Below, in pieces: positions 17,044 through 25,024 of a DNA stretch of 64,000 nucleotides. The notes under the pieces were generated by a model. The model was not told the DNA's origin and did no database searches. It was given only the letters and a program-made list of their open reading frames with translations. Position 1 is the stretch's first letter; every line of letters starts with the position of its first letter. The DNA is taken from contig CAWBIG010000032.1 in assembly GCA_963788435.1 (NCBI GenBank), positions 1,864 through 65,863 of the forward strand, in the 5' to 3' direction. Source of the DNA: an uncultured Acidobacteriota bacterium (lineage in GTDB: Bacteria > Acidobacteriota > Terriglobia > Terriglobales > Acidobacteriaceae). The position numbers and the translations under genes are program-made.

Positions 17044-18192
17044 GTGCGGATCTGCATTCTGAAAGAGTTGGCCGCCGGCGAAACGCGTGTAGCGCTGCTG
17101 CCGGAGAGCCTGAAAGGCTTGCGGGCGCAGGGGATCGAAATCGCGGTGGAGGCGGGTGCGGGAGCCTCCGCGGGCGCGCCGGACCAGGCTTATGCCGAGG
17201 CCGGCGCGGAGATCGTCGCGGATCGCGCTTCCCTGCTGAGCTCGGCTGACATTGTTGCCGCGGTGAATGCGCCGGATGCGGGGGACCAGGCGCGCCTGAA
17301 GCCCGGCGCTGTGGTCATTGGATTCCTTCGCCCGCTGGATGCGCCTTCGGCTCTTGTTACTGCGATTGACGGCGGAGTCACGCTGCTGAGCATGGAGCTG
17401 ATTCCGCGCATCACGCGCGCGCAATCGATGGATGCGCTTTCGTCGATGGCCACGATTGCCGGCTACAAGGCCGTGGTGATGGCGGCGGACCGGCTGCCGC
17501 GGCTGTTCCCCATGCTGATGACCGCGGCGGGAACCATTCCGCCGGCACGGGTGCTGGTGATCGGCGCGGGCGTTGCTGGATTGCAGGCCATTGCCACGGC
17601 GCGGCGGCTGGGCGGGGTGGTTGAGGCTTACGACGTGCGCGCCGCGGCCGGGGAACAGGTGCGGAGCCTGGGCGCGAAGTTTCTTGACGTGGATTTGGGC
17701 GGCATCAACACCGAGGGCGGCGGCGGCTACGCGGCGGAGCTGACCGAGGAAGCGCTGGACCGCGGCCGCGACCTGATTGCAAAAACTGCCGCGCACTGCG
17801 ACGTGATTGTGACCACAGCGCTGGTTCCGGGACGTCCCGCTCCGCGGCTCATTCGCGCTGAAGCGGTGGAAGCCATGCGCTGGGGATCGGTGGTGGTGGA
17901 CCTGGCTGCTCCCGCAGGAGGCAACTGCGTGCTGACGCGGCCCGGCGTGACCCAGGAGATCGGAGGGGTGACGCTGCTGGCGCCGCTGAACCTGCCCGCG
18001 GAAGTTCCGGGGCACGCGAGCCAGCTGTACGCGCGCAACGTGCTCAACTTTCTCGGATTGATCGCGAAGAAGGGAGAGCTGGCTATCGATCTTGGGGATG
18101 AAGTAGTGGCCGGTGCCTGCGTGGCGCACCAAGGGAAGCCGGTGAATCCGCGGGTTGCGAAGCTGCTGGAGACGCCAGCCAATAGCTTTTAG
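17044..18192 (+). CDS. pntAA: NAD(P) transhydrogenase subunit alpha part 1 (dI, NAD(H)-binding)
   Basis: Alanine-dehydrogenase/PNT fold, GAGVAGLQAIATARRLG Rossmann motif. A GTG start at 17044 lies 5 nt after GGAGG; the track start at 17032 is a TTG overlapping the RBS. Confidence 0.9.
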   Translation: MRICILKELAAGETRVALLPESLKGLRAQGIEIAVEAGAGASAGAPDQAYAEAGAEIVADRASLLSSADIVAAVNAPDAGDQARLKPGAVVIGFLRPLDAPSALVTAIDGGVTLLSMELIPRITRAQSMDALSSMATIAGYKAVVMAADRLPRLFPMLMTAAGTIPPARVLVIGAGVAGLQAIATARRLGGVVEAYDVRAAAGEQVRSLGAKFLDVDLGGINTEGGGGYAAELTEEALDRGRDLIAKTAAHCDVIVTTALVPGRPAPRLIRAEAVEAMRWGSVVVDLAAPAGGNCVLTRPGVTQEIGGVTLLAPLNLPAEVPGHASQLYARNVLNFLGLIAKKGELAIDLGDEVVAGACVAHQGKPVNPRVAKLLETPANSF

Positions 18193-18205
18193 CTTTTGAA
18201 TGTTA

Positions 18206-18276
18206 GCTGCGAGCGAAGTGCAGGTCCTTCGACTTCGCAGCGTGATGAGACTGCGCTGCTTCGCTCAGGATGACGG
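18206..18276. repeat. REP-like palindromic element between pntAA and pntAB
   Basis: GCTGCGAGCGAAG...CTTCGACTTCGCAGC imperfect hairpin followed by CTGCGCTGCTTCGCTCAGGATGACGG. It occupies most of the 106-nt intra-operon gap. Confidence 0.6.
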
Positions 18277-18298
18277 CTCTTCGAGAAGAGAGGGTTCG

Positions 18299-18625
18299 AT
18301 GAATGCGGATGTCTTCAATCCAGCGGTACTGATTGCTTCCATCTATGTTTTTGCCTTGGCCGCTTTTCTTGGCTACCAGGTGATCAGCCGCGTGCCGCCG
18401 CTGTTACACACGCCGCTGATGTCGGCCACCAATGCCATCTCCGGAATCTCGCTCATCGGCTCCATCGTTCTTGCCGGCGCGCGTGGCTATCCGCTCCCCG
18501 CGCACATTCTGGGCTGCGTCGCCGTTACCACTGCCACCATCAACGTGGTGGGCGGGTTCGGCATAACCGACCGCATGCTGAAAATGTTCAAGAGCCGGAC
18601 CGCCGCGAAGAAGGAGGCCAAGTGA
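18299..18625 (+). CDS. pntAB: NAD(P) transhydrogenase subunit alpha part 2 (membrane dII-alpha)
   Basis: MNADVFNPAVLIASIYVFALAAFLGYQVISRVPPLLHTPLMSATNAISGI...INVVGGFGITDRML, about 108 aa. ATG at 18299. Confidence 0.9.
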   Translation: MNADVFNPAVLIASIYVFALAAFLGYQVISRVPPLLHTPLMSATNAISGISLIGSIVLAGARGYPLPAHILGCVAVTTATINVVGGFGITDRMLKMFKSRTAAKKEAK

Positions 18626-19998
18626 GCCTCTCCACTTATTTCATGGAAGCTACTTACCTCATCGCTTCCATCCTGTTTGTGCTCGCGCTCAAGGGCATGT
18701 CGCATCCGGAAACGGCGCGCCGCGGCATGTTTCTGGCCGAAGGCGGAATGTTTGCGGCCATCATCGGCACGCTCATCGGGGCCCACATCGTCACCTGGAT
18801 CTGGATCATTGCCGGCCTCGCGATCGGCTCCATCATCGGCGCATGGATGGCCATCTGGGTACCGATGACGGCCATGCCCCAGCGGACCGCTCTCTCCCAC
18901 GCATTTGGAGCGCTGGCCGCGGCCCTGGTCGGCATCGGCGAGTTCATGGTCAAGATCAACGATCTCGGGCCCGTCAAACGCGGCGCGCTGGGTTTTGAAA
19001 TCATGCTCGGCGCACTCACAACCACCGGCTCGCTGATCGCCGCAGGCAAGCTCCAGGGCGTCATCCAGGGCAGGCCGGTCCAGTTCCGCGGCCAGAACTT
19101 CGTCAACCTCGCCGTGTGCCTCGCCATGGTGGGCTGCTTCGTCTATTTCCTGTTCCATCCGGAAGCCGCCAACGTGTTTTACTCGATGCTCGGCATCGCG
19201 TTCCTATTCGGCGTGATGCTGGTGATTCCCATCGGCTCCGCGGATATGCCGGTGGTGATGTCGTTGCTGAATTCCTACGCCGGTCTTTCCGCCGCGGCTA
19301 CCGGATTCGTGCTCGGCAACAACGTGCTGATCATTGCCGGCACGCTGGACGGATTTTCCGGATTCATTCTCTCGGTGCTGATGTGCAAGGCCATGAACCG
19401 CTCCATCATCAACGTGCTGTTCGGCGGATTCGGCGCCGTTATCGGCGAGGCCACCGCGCACACCGGGGTGATGAAGGAGATCAGCCTGGACGATGCCGCC
19501 ATGCAGCTCGCCTTTGCTACCCGCGTGGTGTTTGTACCCGGCTACGGGCTGGCCACGGCACAGGCACAGCACGCTGTGCGCGAGCTGGCAGACCTGCTGG
19601 AAAGCCGCGGCGTGACCGTCCGGTTCGGCATCCACCCCGTAGCCGGCCGCATGCCCGGCCACATGAACGTGCTGCTGGCCGAAGCCAACGTGCCCTATTC
19701 TTCTCTCTACGAAATGGATCAAATCAATCCCGAGTTTCCATCGACCGATGTGGCCGTGGTCATCGGCGCCAACGACGTGGTGAACCCCGACGCGCGCGAC
19801 AATCCCAAGTCGATCATAGCGGGCATGCCCATCCTCGAGGTAGACCGCGCCAAAAGCGTGATCGTGCTCAAGCGTGGCCAGGGCCGCGGCTTTTCCGGCC
19901 TGGAGAATCCGCTTTTCTTCAAAGACTGCACCTCCATGCTTTACGGCGACGCCAAATCGACGCTCAGCCATCTTTCCCAGGCAGTGCAGCACGTGTGA
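18622..19998 (+). CDS. pntB: NAD(P) transhydrogenase subunit beta
   Basis: 458 aa. A membrane N-half and a dIII NADP(H) domain (..VPGYGLATAQAQH..GIHPVAGRMPGHMNVLLAEANVPY..VIGANDVVNP..). The GTG start overlaps the pntAB stop and is preceded by GAAGGAGG. Confidence 0.95.
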   Translation: MSLSTYFMEATYLIASILFVLALKGMSHPETARRGMFLAEGGMFAAIIGTLIGAHIVTWIWIIAGLAIGSIIGAWMAIWVPMTAMPQRTALSHAFGALAAALVGIGEFMVKINDLGPVKRGALGFEIMLGALTTTGSLIAAGKLQGVIQGRPVQFRGQNFVNLAVCLAMVGCFVYFLFHPEAANVFYSMLGIAFLFGVMLVIPIGSADMPVVMSLLNSYAGLSAAATGFVLGNNVLIIAGTLDGFSGFILSVLMCKAMNRSIINVLFGGFGAVIGEATAHTGVMKEISLDDAAMQLAFATRVVFVPGYGLATAQAQHAVRELADLLESRGVTVRFGIHPVAGRMPGHMNVLLAEANVPYSSLYEMDQINPEFPSTDVAVVIGANDVVNPDARDNPKSIIAGMPILEVDRAKSVIVLKRGQGRGFSGLENPLFFKDCTSMLYGDAKSTLSHLSQAVQHV

Positions 19999-20215
19999 AG
20001 GGGTGAAACGGTGAGGAGTGAAGAAGTGAAGCAGTGAATAAGTGAAGGAGTGAATAAGTGAAGCAGTGAATAAGTGAAGCAGTGAATAAGTGAAGCAGTG
20101 AAAAGGTGAAGGAATGAAAAACTCATTCCCGGCGGCACCCGGTTCACTCATTCGCTGTTTCACTTCTCCACTGTCTTCACATTTTCACTGCTTCACGGCT
20201 TCACTCATTCATTGC
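19995..20215. repeat. GTGAAG-word array: about six tandem 16-mers (GTGAAGCAGTGAATAA, 20026-20120) followed by inverted degenerate copies
   Basis: Read directly. The forward arm is GTGAAGCAGTGAATAA repeated, and the reverse arm is TTCACTCATTCGCTGTTTCACTTCTCCACTGTCTTCACATTTTCACTGCTTCACGGCTTCACTCATTCA. It lies between the convergent pntB and fliC. Confidence 0.9.
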
Positions 20216-20219
20216 GTTC

Positions 20220-20255
20220 AAAAAATGGGCGGCAAGCTCTCGCTCGCCGCCGCCC
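20220..20255 (-). terminator. Rho-independent terminator of the flagellin gene
   Basis: On the minus strand, GGGCGGC-N15-GCCGCCC is followed by ATTTTTTG, about 40 nt after the stop. Confidence 0.65.
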
Positions 20256-20292
20256 TGTCCCTGGGTTTTCTTTGAAGTGATTCAATTGAGCT

Positions 20293-21579
20293 TTACTGCA
20301 AAAGCTTGGTGACTTCCTGCTCCACGCTGTTGGCCTGGGCCAGCGCAGCGATGCCGGTCTGAGAAAGAATCTCGTACTTCGACATGTTGGAAGTGGCGGA
20401 GGCGTAGTCGGTGGCCTGGATGGCGTTTTGCGCCGAAGTTACGTTCTCCTGCTGCGTGCTCATTACCTGGCTGATCGAGTTCAGGGTGTTGATTTGGGCG
20501 CCAATGTAGCCGTCCTGGGCGGCGACGTAGGTGATCGCATTGTTCAACACGCTGAGGGCATTCTGCGCCATGGGTTGAGAGCTCAGGTTGGTCACGGCCA
20601 GGTCGGCCGCGGTGTCGCCGCCGCCGGCGGGTACGTACTCGATGGTGTCGGTGACGGCGGTGGAGGCGACGGCGTATCCGGGTGTAATGAGGGTGCCCGT
20701 GTCCTGAAGCGCAGTGGCGCCGGCGGCAATGGCGACGGAACCGTTGGTATTGGAAAGCAGGATGCCGGTGTCGCCCCCGGCCACCGCCAGATCCCCCGCC
20801 GCCGTCGCCGTGGCAAAGTTGGCGGAGACGCCGGGAATGCCGTCCTCATTGATTTCGCTGATCAGGCCCGAGACCGTGGTTGCGGTAGTGGTGATGACGC
20901 TCGAGGTGCCGTCGGGATTGGTGATGGTGAACTTGATCCCGCCCGTAACTGTGCCATCCACTCCGCTTTGCGTGGCCGCGGTGGTCAGGATGCCCGCCGT
21001 GTCTTTGGAGAGATCGAGAAAGATGCCCGAATTGCTCTGCTGAACCGAGCCCCCGGCGTCGCCCACGCGGGCTGAGGAAAGCGCCGCAAAGAACAGGTCG
21101 TCGACCGATGCGCCGGAGGAGGAGGAGTCGCCCGTATAGATGGCAACCCCGGCTGCGGCCCCGTTGAATACCTGGTTCTGGTTGTAGGTGGTTGTGGACC
21201 CGATGTTGTTGATCTCGGAAAGGATCGACTGATACTCCTGGTTGGCCGCGGCGTCCTGCGAGGAATTGAGGGTGCCGTTGGAAGCCTCCGTGGCCAGGGT
21301 GATGGCGCGGTCGAGCAGGTTGGTCACCTGCGACAGAGCGCCGTCGGCCACCTGCAACAGGCCCACGCCTTCGGTGGCATTGGTGGTCGATTGAGTCAAA
21401 GCAGACGAGTTGGCCTCCAGGCCATTCACCAGCGAGAGGCCCGCGGCATCGTCTGCGCCCGAGTTGATCTTCGAACCCGACGAGAGCTGTTGCAGTACTG
21501 TCTGCAGGCTCGCATTCGTGTTGTTCAGATTGTTCTCAGCATAGATGGCTGACAGGTTATTCAATACTCCGAGGGCCAT
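20293..21579 (-). CDS. fliC: Flagellin
   Basis: Conserved N-terminus (LNNLSAIYAENNLNNTNASLQTVLQQLSSGSKINSGADDAAGLS..) and C-terminus (..IQATDYASATSNMSKYEILSQTGIAALAQANSVEQEVTKLLQ) with a Thr/Ala/Gly-rich variable centre. Confidence 0.95.
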   Translation of the reverse strand: MALGVLNNLSAIYAENNLNNTNASLQTVLQQLSSGSKINSGADDAAGLSLVNGLEANSSALTQSTTNATEGVGLLQVADGALSQVTNLLDRAITLATEASNGTLNSSQDAAANQEYQSILSEINNIGSTTTYNQNQVFNGAAAGVAIYTGDSSSSGASVDDLFFAALSSARVGDAGGSVQQSNSGIFLDLSKDTAGILTTAATQSGVDGTVTGGIKFTITNPDGTSSVITTTATTVSGLISEINEDGIPGVSANFATATAAGDLAVAGGDTGILLSNTNGSVAIAAGATALQDTGTLITPGYAVASTAVTDTIEYVPAGGGDTAADLAVTNLSSQPMAQNALSVLNNAITYVAAQDGYIGAQINTLNSISQVMSTQQENVTSAQNAIQATDYASATSNMSKYEILSQTGIAALAQANSVEQEVTKLLQ

Positions 21580-21677
21580 GGAAGGTCACTCCTTTTCCCG
21601 ATGCTCGATTCGCGTCAGGTCTGGCAGCCTTTGGTGTGTCCGGCTGGCTAACCTTGAGCTTCGGGCATCCACAGCCT

Positions 21678-21704
21678 TCATCGGAAGAGTGCGGAATAAC
21701 TTTA
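21678..21704 (-). promoter_or_regulatory. Sigma-28 (FliA)-type promoter for the flagellin gene
   Basis: The reverse strand reads TAAA-N15-TCCGATGA against the consensus TAAA-N15-GCCGATAA, about 90 nt upstream of the ATG. Confidence 0.7.
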
Positions 21705-21903
21705 GTTATGGAAGAAAGAATCTTTTTCAGACACTCTGCACCCGTCCGGAACAAGACCGTCCTCCATTGGTCAGGAGGTGTTTCATTCCGCGGCAGAGAG
21801 TGCCCGAATGAGTACAGTCACTGTCACCGAATGAGACAGTGGGAGGGGCGGCGACCGGGTGAGAGACTCACGCCCGATGTGCGAACGGGGGGATGGCGTG
21901 GGG

Positions 21904-21937
21904 AAAAAAATCGGCGGCGGGAGCTTGTCCCGCCGCC
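21904..21937 (-). terminator. Rho-independent (potentially bidirectional) terminator after the ECF/LTXXQ operon
   Basis: GGCGGCGGGA-GCTTG-TCCCGCCGCC is a perfect 10-bp stem, flanked by A7 on one side and GGTTTTT on the other. Confidence 0.7.
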
Positions 21938-22054
21938 ACCGGTTTTTGGCTTCAACCGTATTTGCTCTCTGCCTATACCATCAGATGCAGAAAATCGCTA
22001 CTTGACTGTCCCGGAATCCGGTGCCGGACCGGGATTCTCGGGCGGCAACTGCAT

Positions 22055-22660
22055 CTATTGAAGTTGGCCTGGGCCGGGTCCGCCCTGCGGCGGGGGCGCC
22101 GGGGCGCCATCCGGTCCGGGCTGGGAGAGAGGTCCGCCGCGGTTTCCCGGACCGCCATTCCGCCATCTCTGCATCCGCTCTCCGCGCTCCGGGCGATCTT
22201 CGCGCCAGCTCTTCAGCTCCTTGAACTGGTCCGGGGTGAGCTTGGCCCGGATGGCCAGCAGGAAGCGCGCATTGGCTTTCTCCAGCTCCGCCCGCGCCTG
22301 GGCAATCTTGTCAATCTGGGCCAGAATGCCCTGCTCATTGGGCTGATCGGCGCCCACCAGAGGCTCCATCTCCAGCTCCGCCTTCTCCACGCCGGCGCGC
22401 ATGTCAATCAGCTTCTCGCGGTGCTCCAGCAGGATCTGGTCCATCTCCTTGCGCTGATCGTCGGTCAACTTCAGCCGTTCGATGACCTTGGGATTGTTCC
22501 ACCAGCGGCCACCGGCGCCTACCGGTCCCAGCATCCGCTCCATGGGCGGGCGATGCATACCGAACCCAGGCCCATTCCCAGGTCCAGGTTGTGCGGCCGC
22601 CGCCCCGGCCACCACAATGGCCAATGCCATTGCTGAAAATGCATTTACTAATGCCTTCAT
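22055..22660 (-). CDS. Periplasmic LTXXQ-motif protein (CpxP/Spy family)
   Basis: Signal peptide MKALVNAFSAMALAIVVAGAAAAQ, two LTXXQ motifs (LKLTDDQRKEM, KLTPDQFKEL), and Gly/Pro-rich termini. ATG at 22660 with GAGGAG 7 nt upstream. Confidence 0.75.
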   Translation of the reverse strand: MKALVNAFSAMALAIVVAGAAAAQPGPGNGPGFGMHRPPMERMLGPVGAGGRWWNNPKVIERLKLTDDQRKEMDQILLEHREKLIDMRAGVEKAELEMEPLVGADQPNEQGILAQIDKIAQARAELEKANARFLLAIRAKLTPDQFKELKSWREDRPERGERMQRWRNGGPGNRGGPLSQPGPDGAPAPPPQGGPGPGQLQ

Positions 22661-22860
22661 TCCGTTTCTCCTCATCTCTTCTTCTCCCCCGAATTCCCAA
22701 ACCTGCGTTAAGTCCCCTGGTTGCCCCGTTTCACCGCCAGGCCTTTGCTCCTGCTTCTCTTTCAGTCATTCCCGCAGGGAATCTGCTGTTGGCCCAGACC
22801 CCGGGCGTGAATGCCCTTCCATGGCACTCCATCAATGTCTTCGTCGCGCTTGATTTATTC

Positions 22861-23286
22861 CTATTTGCTGCTCCCGCCGTCGGTCATCATCCGGGCCAGC
22901 GGCTCCAGCGCGTCCGGCACTTCCTGGGAGACGTCGCGGTCCACGTTGGCAAGCAACTGATCCATGTCCGCCGCGCGGCGGGCGTCCTGGGCGCGCTGCT
23001 CCATTTGAAGGTGGCGCTGTTGCGCCTGCCAGGCCAAAACCTGCTGGCGATGATGCTCATAAAGGGCGCCGGAAGCAGCTCCGACGGTTATCACGATTCC
23101 CATCGCCCAGGCCAGCGTGCGGCGCCAGGCAATGGAATGCGGCGTCGCGGCCATCACCGGCGCGAACGGGCGTATTGCGGCCTCGCTCCACGCGTGTACG
23201 CTCAGGCGGAAGTTCCCCAGCGCCTCCTCAAGCCGCGCGTCCTCTGTCCCCGCCGTTTGCCGTCCCTTTGTTCCCTCATCCATCAT
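22861..23286 (-). CDS. Single-pass membrane protein, putative anti-sigma factor
   Basis: Its start overlaps the sigma gene stop (ATGATGA). One TM (LAWAMGIVITVGAASGALY) and a coiled periplasmic tail. There is no zf-HC2 motif, so the assignment rests on position. Confidence 0.5.
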   Translation of the reverse strand: MMDEGTKGRQTAGTEDARLEEALGNFRLSVHAWSEAAIRPFAPVMAATPHSIAWRRTLAWAMGIVITVGAASGALYEHHRQQVLAWQAQQRHLQMEQRAQDARRAADMDQLLANVDRDVSQEVPDALEPLARMMTDGGSSK

Positions 23287-23858
23287 CGTTTCCCTTCCAT
23301 TTCCTTACGCACCCTGGCCAATGCCCGTGAAAGGTGCGCCTTGACCGTTCCCTCGCTCAACCCCGTGGCCGCGGCAATCTCGGCAATCTCCAACTCCTCA
23401 ACGTGGCGCAGGAGGAAGACCAGTTTTTGCCGCGGACTTAAGCCGTCGACCACGTGCCACACCTGCTTTACCTGCTCCCGCGCCAGCAAATGCTGTTCCG
23501 GCGAGCTGCCGCTCGAGGGCAGCCATTCGCTGGCCTCGTCCAAGTCCACTGAGTTGGTGCGCGTGGTCCGCCAGAACTGAATGCGCCGGTTTCGCCAGTG
23601 GTCCTTCTGCACATTGATGGCGATCCGCATCAGCCAGGTCATCGGGCTGGACTCACCGCGGAACCGGGCCCAGTTGCGATGCGCCTTCAACAAGCAGTCC
23701 TGGGTCAGATTCTCGGCCAGATCCGGGTCGCGCGTGGAGGCCAGCAGAAACCGGAAAATCTGCGTGCGATGATCGGCGACGACCTGGGAGAACTCCCGTT
23801 GAGCGATCCCGGGTGTCGTGGCAAGTGTCATCGATTCGAGTGCGGTTCCAGCTGCCAT
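23283..23858 (-). CDS. ECF-type RNA polymerase sigma-70 family factor
   Basis: Region 2 (FRFLLASTRDPDLAENLTQDCLLKAHRNWARFRGESSPMTWLMRIAINVQKDHWR) and region 4 (LSPRQKLVFLLRHVEELEIAEIAAATGLSEGTVKAHLSRA). Confidence 0.9.
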   Translation of the reverse strand: MAAGTALESMTLATTPGIAQREFSQVVADHRTQIFRFLLASTRDPDLAENLTQDCLLKAHRNWARFRGESSPMTWLMRIAINVQKDHWRNRRIQFWRTTRTNSVDLDEASEWLPSSGSSPEQHLLAREQVKQVWHVVDGLSPRQKLVFLLRHVEELEIAEIAAATGLSEGTVKAHLSRALARVRKEMEGKR

Positions 23859-23984
23859 CAATCAGGTAGACGGCTGCGGCAGGACCAAGTTTACAAGCGA
23901 ACGCCGAGGATTTGGCGTGTTTGGCATAACCGGGTTTGACATGGCGTTGATTCGCTCACGCTGGGTGGAACTGAGGCGGGCTGA

Positions 23985-24010
23985 TACGCTTTGAGGGGAA
24001 AACGGTTTCC
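23985..24010 (-). promoter_or_regulatory. Candidate ECF-type autoregulated promoter (GGAAAC-N16-CGTA)
   Basis: The reverse strand reads GCGGAAACCGTTTTCCCCTCAAAGCGTATC, about 115 nt upstream of the sigma gene start. Confidence 0.3.
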
Positions 24011-24036
24011 GCAACCTGCGAACGAGGAATGCCCCT

Positions 24037-24741
24037 ATGCTGCTGGCCGCACTACGCGAAGAGGTTCTTGAGGCCAACCTGGAGATTGCCCGCCGCGGGC
24101 TGGCGCCGCACACGTTCGGAAACGTGAGCGGGGTCGACCGATCGGGGGCCGAACCGCTGATGGTGATCAAGCCCAGCGGGGTGGCCTATGACAAGCTGCG
24201 CCCGGAGGACCTGGTGGTGACGGACCTGAACGGCCGCGTAGTGGATGGCGCGCTGCGGCCCTCGAGCGACCTGGATACGCACACCCTGCTCTATCGCGAA
24301 TTCCCGCAGATCGGCGGCGTGGTTCACACCCACTCGGAGTTCGCCACTGCGTGGGCACAGGCGGGACGCGAGATCCCCTGCCTGGGAACGACGCATGCGG
24401 ACTACTTTCATGGGCCGGTTCCGGTGACCGAGCCGCTGACCGAGGCCGAAGTGGCGGAGGCGTACGTCCGCAACACGGGAGCGGTAATCGTGCGGCGGTT
24501 CCGGAGCGGCGGCCTGGACCCGGTGGCGGTTCCGGGGGTGCTGGTGGCCGGTCACGCTCCGTTTGCGTGGGGCCGGACAGCAAGCCAGGCCGTGGAACAT
24601 GCCGACATTCTGGAGTACGTGTCGCGGCTGGCCTATCGCAGCATCCTGCTGGGAGCGTCCGAATCCGGACTGCCTGTGTACGTGAGCGAACATCATTACC
24701 AGCGCAAGCACGGGCCACAGGCTACCTACGGCCAGCGATGA
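24037..24741 (+). CDS. araD: L-ribulose-5-phosphate 4-epimerase (class II aldolase fold)
   Basis: NVSGVDR, MVIKPSGVAYDKL, DTHTLLYREFPQIGGVVHTHS, TTHADYFHG, and a C-terminal HYQRKHGPQATYGQ. Confidence 0.9.
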   Translation: MLLAALREEVLEANLEIARRGLAPHTFGNVSGVDRSGAEPLMVIKPSGVAYDKLRPEDLVVTDLNGRVVDGALRPSSDLDTHTLLYREFPQIGGVVHTHSEFATAWAQAGREIPCLGTTHADYFHGPVPVTEPLTEAEVAEAYVRNTGAVIVRRFRSGGLDPVAVPGVLVAGHAPFAWGRTASQAVEHADILEYVSRLAYRSILLGASESGLPVYVSEHHYQRKHGPQATYGQR

Positions 24742-24980
24742 GCGGGGTCCCGAATACCGGGAATCTACCCGTATCCCGTTGAGGAATGTGGGGCGTTTAA
24801 CAGTTTTTTAATTTGCGTAATCAGTTACCGATTTTCATAAGCTATATTCGAATTGTCATATTCTTTGGACGGAGCGTCACGCAGGGCGGGCGCAAAACAG
24901 GAGCCTGGCGCTCTCATATCTTTCAACGCCATAGTCAAATAGTTGTAGTTCTCCACAGTTACTGCAAACCCGATTTCGCT

Positions 24981-24996
24981 TGGCAATGGACGTGCA
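24981..24996 (+). promoter_or_regulatory. Sigma-54-type promoter (TGGCAA-N5-GTGCA) upstream of the sensor kinase
   Basis: TGGCAATGGACGTGCA has the -24 GG and the -12 GC at the canonical 12-nt register. It ends 29 nt before the ATG at 25025. Confidence 0.5.
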
Positions 24997-25024
24997 ACTC
25001 AGTCAGGCATACTGGTGTCCCCGA

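Noticed and set aside
16963-18132. 389-aa ORF antisense to pntAA
   Set aside because: Arg/His/Gln-rich nonsense translation, while the plus strand encodes a full transhydrogenase dI domain. The same applies to 18487-19158 and 19204-20163 opposite pntB.
20026-20120. Possible CRISPR array
   Set aside because: The units are 16 bp and directly abutting with no spacers, and no cas genes are in the window. This is a simple tandem word repeat.
19941-20147. 68-aa ORF with FTASLIH/FTYSLLH repeats
   Set aside because: It is merely the reverse translation of the GTGAAG 16-mer array, with no start context. It overlaps the pntB 3' end.
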